58,354 bases of DNA from Octopus sinensis (Eukaryota): NCBI RefSeq assembly GCF_006345805.1, contig NW_021833104.1, positions 1-58,354 on the forward strand. The letters are read 5' to 3'. The translations under genes were made by a program, and so were the position numbers. Positions 52,515 through 58,354 of the stretch are shown here, piece after piece. A model generated the notes under the pieces. The model saw nothing but the letters and a program-made list of their open reading frames with translations, was not told where the DNA came from and searched no databases. Within the stretch, counting starts at the first letter, position 1; each line of letters starts with the position of its first letter.

Positions 52515-53328
52515 ATATTCCTGCCTCCTCTGCATATAACCAATCAATCATCTGGATGGCATCAGGCAGCCATTGCAAGTGTATGTAGTTTAATCGGCAT
52601 ACTACCAGGTGCACATCCACACTTTAATTAACAACTCATACATGCACACATACATACACAAACACATACACACGCATATATTTATAAATATATACATACA
52701 TATATATATATACATATATACATATATACATATATATATGTGTGTGTGTTTGTGTTGCTGTCTTTTACCCTACCACCATCTCTCGACACCGATGCTGTTG
52801 TGTTTACGTTCTAGTACACACGCATATATACACACATACACACATATATGTATATGCATACGTACACAAACGTGCATATATATGTTTTTCTTCTTTTACT
52901 CGTTTCAGCCATTTGGCTGCGGCCATGCTGGAGTACCGCCTTCAGTCGAACAAATCGACTCCAGGACTAAATCTTTGTAAGATTAAAACTTATTCTATCG
53001 GTCTCTTTTGCCGAACTGATAGATTACTAGAACGTAAACACAACAGCATCGGTGTCAAGAGATGGTGGTAGGGTAAAAGACAGCAACACAAACACACACA
53101 CATATATATATGTATATATGTATATATGTATATATATATGTATGTATGTATATATTTATAAATATATGCGTGTGTATGTGTTTGTGTATGTATGTGTGCA
53201 TGTATAAGTTGTTAATTAAAGTGTGGGTGTACACCTGGTAGTATGCCGATTAAACTACATACACTGGCAATCGCTGCCTGATGCTATCCAGATGATTGGT
53301 TGGTTATATGCAGAGGAGGCAGGAATAT
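52515..53328. repeat. Inverted duplication with ~300-bp arms and a ~210-bp spacer
   Basis: 52515-52816 is the reverse complement of 53025-53328, covering unique sequence, microsatellite and part of a SINE B module. Confidence 0.9.
52886..53100 (-). mobile_element. SINE family B 3' module
   Basis: ttttactcgtttcagccatttggctgcggccatgctggagtaccgcc...tcggtctcttttgccgaac. Confidence 0.75.
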
Positions 53329-53364
53329 ATCTATCTATCTATCTATATCTATTATCTATCTATC

Positions 53365-53398
<34 letters not shown>

Positions 53399-54106
53399 TC
53401 TATATATATTATTATATAATATAATATATATATATATATAATATATAATATATATATATAAAATATAAATATATATATATATATATTATATATATATATA
53501 TATGTATGTATGTATGTATATATATATACATACCGCATATACAAGTGTGTATGAGTGTTACTTTCTTAAGAACAAGAGACAAATTTTTGAACCAAATGTT
53601 GTATAACTATAATTTATGAATTTCCATGTCTTTTTGTACATCCCACATTCAAATATCTAATGTTATTTAGAAACATTACCCTAAACGCTACCCACAATGA
53701 ATTTTAAAAATGAATTATCTGTCTTGGTGTAAAATACATGTAATTTCATAATTCATTGGAATAAAAATTTGAAAAACATTCCTTTACAAAATTTATCTTT
53801 CTACTAAATTTGTTTTTCATGTCTAAACTATTAGGAAGTACATATTTTAATTACAAATTGTCTTTCGAAATAAATATCTCTCTTTGATATGCTTTTTCAA
53901 TAATAGAACTATTCATTTCTAATCATTTATTAAACACCTGTTTCTTTCCTGCCAATAGACAACTCTTGTCAACATTGCATGTTTAAGCAGACTCAGTATT
54001 TTTTCTACTTTACATAATTTAATACATATAATAAATTTTCTGTTTCTCTGTTGACTGCATATTATTTTTCCATACTTTATTTCTATCAGTGCATATGTAT
54101 ATGTAA

Positions 54107-54906
54107 GGCGGCGAGCTGGCACAAACGTTAGCACGCCGGGCGAAATGCGTAGCCGTATTTCGTCTGCCGTTACGTTCTGAGTTCAAATTCCGCTGAGGTT
54201 GACGTTGCCTTTCATCCTTTCGGGGTCGATAATTTAAGTACCAGTTACACACTGGGGTCAATGTAATCGACTTAATCCCTTTGTCTGTCCTTGTTTGTCT
54301 TCTCTGTGTTTACCCCTTGTGGGTAGTAAAGAAATAGGTATTTCGTCTGCCGTTACGCTGTGAGTTCGAATTCCGCCGAGGTCGACTTTGCCTTTCATCC
54401 ATTCGGGGTCCATAAATTAAGTACCAGTTACGCATTAGGGTCGATGTAATCGACTTAATCCCTTTGTCTGTCCTTGTTTGTTCACTCTATGTTTAGCCCC
54501 TTGTGGGTAGTAAAGAAATAGGTATTTCGTCTGCCGTTACGCTGTGAGTTCGAATTCCGCCGAGGTCGACTTTGCCTTTCATCCATTCGGGGTCCAAAAT
54601 TAAGTACCAGTTACGCACTGGGGTCAATGTAATCGATTTAAGCCCTTTGTCTGTCCTTGTTTGTCCTCTCTGTGTTTACCCCTTGTGGGTAGTAAAGAAA
54701 TAGGTATTTCGTCTGCCGTTACGCTGTGAGTTCGAATTCCACCGAGGTCGACTTTGCCTTTCATCCATTAGGGGTCCATAATTTAAGTACCAGTTACGCA
54801 CTAGGGTCGATGTAATCGACTTAATCCCTTTGTCTGTCCTTGTTTGTCCACTCTATGTTTAGCCCCTTGTGGGTAGTAAAGAAATAGGTATTTCGTCTAC
54901 GTTCTG
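54107..54906 (+). mobile_element. SINE family A concatemer: one head, four ~183-bp bodies and a stub
   Basis: Bodies start at 54154, 54337, 54521 and 54703, with a stub at 54887. Every junction is AAAGAAATA|GGTATTTCGTCT. Confidence 0.92.
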
Positions 54907-55147
54907 TATGTGAATACATACACATTTATGTCCGACGAACGAGAACGTGAAACTCCGAGTAACAAAGTTGTGATAATTTTGTAGCTTTAATAAAAGCATG
55001 CGTTTGTGTGTGTGTGTGTGTACGTGCGCGTATCCATGTATGTATATACATGTATATATAAACAATACTCAACTTTTCTGTCGTACATTTTGATTGGCAA
55101 AATTCACGGTGAATGTCAGCTATAAGCTTATATGTCTCTCTACATAA

Positions 55148-55559
55148 GGCGGCGTTGGCAGACTCGTTAGCGCGCCGGGCAAAATGCTTAGCGGTATTTC
55201 GTCTGCGTTACGTTGTGAGTTCGAATTCCGCCGAGGTCGACTTTGCCTTTCATCCTTTCGGGGTCGATAAATTAAGTACCAGTTACGCACTGGGGTCGAT
55301 GTAATCGACTTAATACCTATGTCTGTCCTTGTTTGTCCCCTCTGTGTTTAGCCCCTTGTGGGTAATAAAGAAATAGGTATTTCGTCTGTCGTTACGTTCT
55401 GAGTTCAAATTCCGCCGAGGTCGACTTTACTTTTCATCCTTTCGGGGTCGATAAATAAAGTACCAGTTTCGCACTGGGGTCGATGTAATCAACTTAATCC
55501 CTTTGTCTGTCCTTGTTTGTCCCCTCTACGTTTAGCCCCTTGTGGGCAATAAAGAAATA
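55148..55559 (+). mobile_element. SINE family A dimer: head plus two bodies
   Basis: Junction AAAGAAATA|GGTATTTCG at 55375/55376. Confidence 0.9.
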
Positions 55560-55984
55560 TATATGTCTCCCTACATCACAAGAGAGAGACAAAGAGAGAG
55601 AGAGAGAGAGGCATGAACTTATATATTTATATGTGTATTGGTATGTATTTACGTTATTATGTATGTATTTATGTATAGAAACATAAGCATATTCTACGGT
55701 GTATTTACTGTTCCATGTAGTAAACCCTTTTCAGATTCTTGATAACCATCTCAAATTCAGATCTGATGAGATTTATTCGAAGCCATATGGAGGCCACATG
55801 CTCCCGAGAAATTAAGAAATAATCATGGACATATTTTTTTTTCCTTTGTTATTTTTCCTCCCTCCTCTTTCACCTTCATTTTCTTGTGTTTTTCTTTATT
55901 TTCCTCCTCTTTCTTTTCCTTTTCTCTTTACATTCACAATCTTCATTCTCACTATTCTTGTCATCAACCACAACGGTTTCACCA

Positions 55985-55985
55985 G

Positions 55986-56016
<31 letters not shown>

Positions 56017-56119
56017 TTCTTCTTCTTCTTCTTCTTCTTCTTCTTCTTCTTTATTATATATTATTATTATTATTTTATATTATTTTTATTATTATTTCAT
56101 CATCTCATCATATTAATTA

Positions 56120-56151
<32 letters not shown>

Positions 56152-56180
56152 TATTATTATTATTATTATAATTATTATTA

Positions 56181-56227
<47 letters not shown>

Positions 56228-56270
56228 GATTATTATTATTATATTATTAATATCATTATTATTATTGTTG
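55985..56270. repeat. (CAT)n(CTT)n(ATT)n trinucleotide block
   Basis: Directly visible. Confidence 0.9.
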
Positions 56271-56278
56271 GTATTATT

Positions 56279-56992
56279 CCCTGTCAGACGGCTTTCCGAG
56301 GTGCTCGCAGAGTGACGGAAGTGTTCTGCACGCCCTCGTTCAGTCTCCGGACATTGCTGACTTTTGAGGTTATGTTGAACAGCTGCTGTCACGTGTGGAA
56401 CGGATCCGTCTGTCGGCCGAGTCTGAAGTGACGATGGCACCGCCGTCCTCCTTCAATCGGACAGGTAAGGCAGTTTTCCTTTGCGTGGTGACTGTGGCGA
56501 AAGAAGTTGTTTGGTTGACAAGGTTGAAAGGCATGAGGACAGATACATTCCTCTTTGGTAGGGCTCTCATTGACTTCTTCAAGTTTCATTTGAAAAGGAA
56601 ATTAAGAGTGGAGAAGAGAGTGCTGTCCTCAAGTGAGTTTACTGAAAGGTAGGTGAAAGCTACGAAAATGGCAAGAGTGGAGAGTAGCTCACTGAGTGTA
56701 GACCTGTGAGTCGGAGAGAATGAATTGGAGAAGGCACTTGCTCCTAGGATTTCCGAGAAATCTCGGACAGTGGGGTTCCTCGATTATCCCTGGAGGCCTT
56801 CCTGTATCAGATGGGCCACATCTCTATCATCTTCCGCCATTATTTTATATTTTTCAAATATGCTTGCAAATGTCCCTTCTTTAATACCGTGAATACTTTT
56901 TCCTTTCCTTATCATTTCATTATATGTAAAACCCTAGACTTTGTCTGTATTGTCCCCCTCATCCTTCGTCCTTGTGGCAAATAAATGAAATC
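56279..56992 (+). mobile_element. Second Tx1/L1-clade LINE 3' fragment
   Basis: VLHALVQ...LLSRVERIRLSAES...VVWLTRLKG...FFKFHLKRKLRVE, homologous to 48960-49350. The 3' end is CTTTGTCTGTATTGTCCCC...CCTTGTGGCAAATAAATGAAAT. Confidence 0.8.
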
Positions 56993-57340
56993 CTTATTAC
57001 CTCTGCCTCAGCGAAGGTGGAGGTATTGATTTCACTCGTGTTTCAGTCCGTGGACAAGATATGAATTTTGATGAAACTTATTTGGCCTCGTGGCTAGCAC
57101 GAACTGATTGAATTATGGGATCGATACGGTACTGGACAAGGTTTCTGGATTATTTTTCCGTTTTTAAATTTTTTTTTACTTAAGTCTTTTGAGCGGTTGG
57201 GTCCATATTTAGTATTCTCGTTTGTGAGTGCAATCGAGTTTATTTTAGATATTCTCATTTTAAAAATCATCTTCGGCTAATCGTTGAGAGTACGTTGGTT
57301 GATCCCTAATATCAGAGTTCATTTTCCCACAGTCATTCAA
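56993..57340 (+). mobile_element. Possible non-autonomous DNA element (recalled as Crypton-like)
   Basis: Begins TTATTACCTCTGCC...GGAGGTATTGATTTCACTCGTGTTT, then ...TTTTGATGAAACTT. The family assignment rests on memory only. Confidence 0.3.
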
Positions 57341-57462
57341 AAAGCCACCCGTCCACTTTCATTCCTGCAACCCTTCACTTGTAGAATGTTCAGGTAGGCT
57401 ATCAATCGTATTAATATCCTGAGTTTGCAACTTTCGCCTACAAATGTGATGAGTCTGATCTT

Positions 57463-58354
57463 ACAGAGCTGGCAGGATCGTTAGCATGCTGGGCGAAATG
57501 CTTAGTTCACACTCTGCCGAGGTCGACTTTACCTAAGACGAAAAATTTAGAATCATAACGTTAGTTAAATACCAGTCATATGACAAATATAATGAAATAG
57601 CCTTGCGTTTATGTTAGAAACTGATGTTATAATTATTACTAGACGGTGGTGTGGAAGAATCGAACGTACGCTGGACAAAATATTTTGCGTCATTTCGTCC
57701 GTCTCTACGTTTTGAGCTGAAAAAAAACACGCCGAAGTCGATTTTGCCCTTCATCATTTCGGGGTCGATAATATAAGCACTAGTCAAATTTTGGGTCGAT
57801 AACATCGATTTCCCCCTTGTGACAGAATTTGAAACCGTTATCACGAGGCGACGAACTAGCAGAATCTTGAGTGCGAGGGGAAAAAATGCATTAGCGGCAT
57901 TTTGTTCATCTCACATTTGAGTTTAAATGATACTGAAGTCGACTTTGCCCATCATTTTTTCGGGGTCGATAAAACAACCATCAATTGAATATTGGGGTCA
58001 ATAGAATTGACTAATACCTGCGCCAAAAATTGCTTACTTTCTTTGTGCCAATATTTGAAGTCATTATTATTACTCTTTATATGGCGGCGAGATGGCAGAA
58101 TCGTTAGCACGCAGGGCGAAATGCCTAGCCGTATTTCGTCTGCCGTTAGTTTCCCCTTTTCGGGGCAGATAAAATAAGTAGGAGTTGAACACTTGGGTCG
58201 ATTTAATCGACTCATCCCAACCTCCTCCAAGCTGCTCTTGTAGCAAAAATTCGAAATAATTGTTATACTCTTTATTTAAGCGACAGTTTGATAGATTCTT
58301 TAGCAAGTCGGACAAAATGCCTCGCAGCATTTTTAGAATCCCTAGTTCAAATTA
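57463..58354 (+). mobile_element. Cluster of about five old SINE A-related copies in the same orientation
   Basis: Diverged heads or bodies begin near 57463, 57643, 57846, 58082 and 58290; shared cggggtcgata...ttggggtc core. Confidence 0.65.

Noticed and set aside
54107-54906. CRISPR-like or satellite appearance of the ~183-bp tandem array
   Set aside because: Units are contiguous SINE bodies with no unique spacers; the context is eukaryotic and there are no cas genes.
55763-55795. CTGATGA followed by GAAGCCATATGG, a possible hammerhead
   Set aside because: GAAG replaces GAAA, there is no GTH cleavage triplet and no stem I complement; the downstream part resembles the repeat at 29890-29910.

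Overview
AT-rich, microsatellite-saturated eukaryotic DNA, either intergenic or a large intron. The repeat repertoire looks, from memory, like an octopus (coleoid cephalopod) genome; this is an inference, not a database result. I can support no intact host protein-coding gene. Nearly all ORFs in the track are translations of (TA)n, (CA)n, (TAGA)n, (TAA)n or (CAC)n repeats, and the real protein signal comes from decayed transposons: R4/Dong-type RLE LINEs, RTE LINEs, Tx1/L1-clade LINE 3' ends and two mariner relics. There are also several tRNA-derived SINE families, a Lep1/DINE-like non-autonomous rolling-circle element and MITEs. The most striking unexplained structure is a set of minimal type-I hammerhead ribozyme (HHR) motifs of Penelope-like architecture: short stem I, CTGANGA, stem II, GAAAC, a self-complementary stem III and a cut after GTA or GTT. 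One is the 3' module of a tRNA-headed SINE (5521-5849), two sit back-to-back in a 341-bp spacerless palindrome (47098-47438), one is split across a ~725-bp fold-back (45980-46704), and others are solo or half copies. Other notable features are SINE concatemers with a fixed junction, a SINE whose 3' end matches a Tx1 LINE in the same window, RLE LINEs stacked in (TACA)n and (TAA)n microsatellites, an ~80-bp target-site duplication and several fold-back inversions. Three weak candidate exons are flagged.
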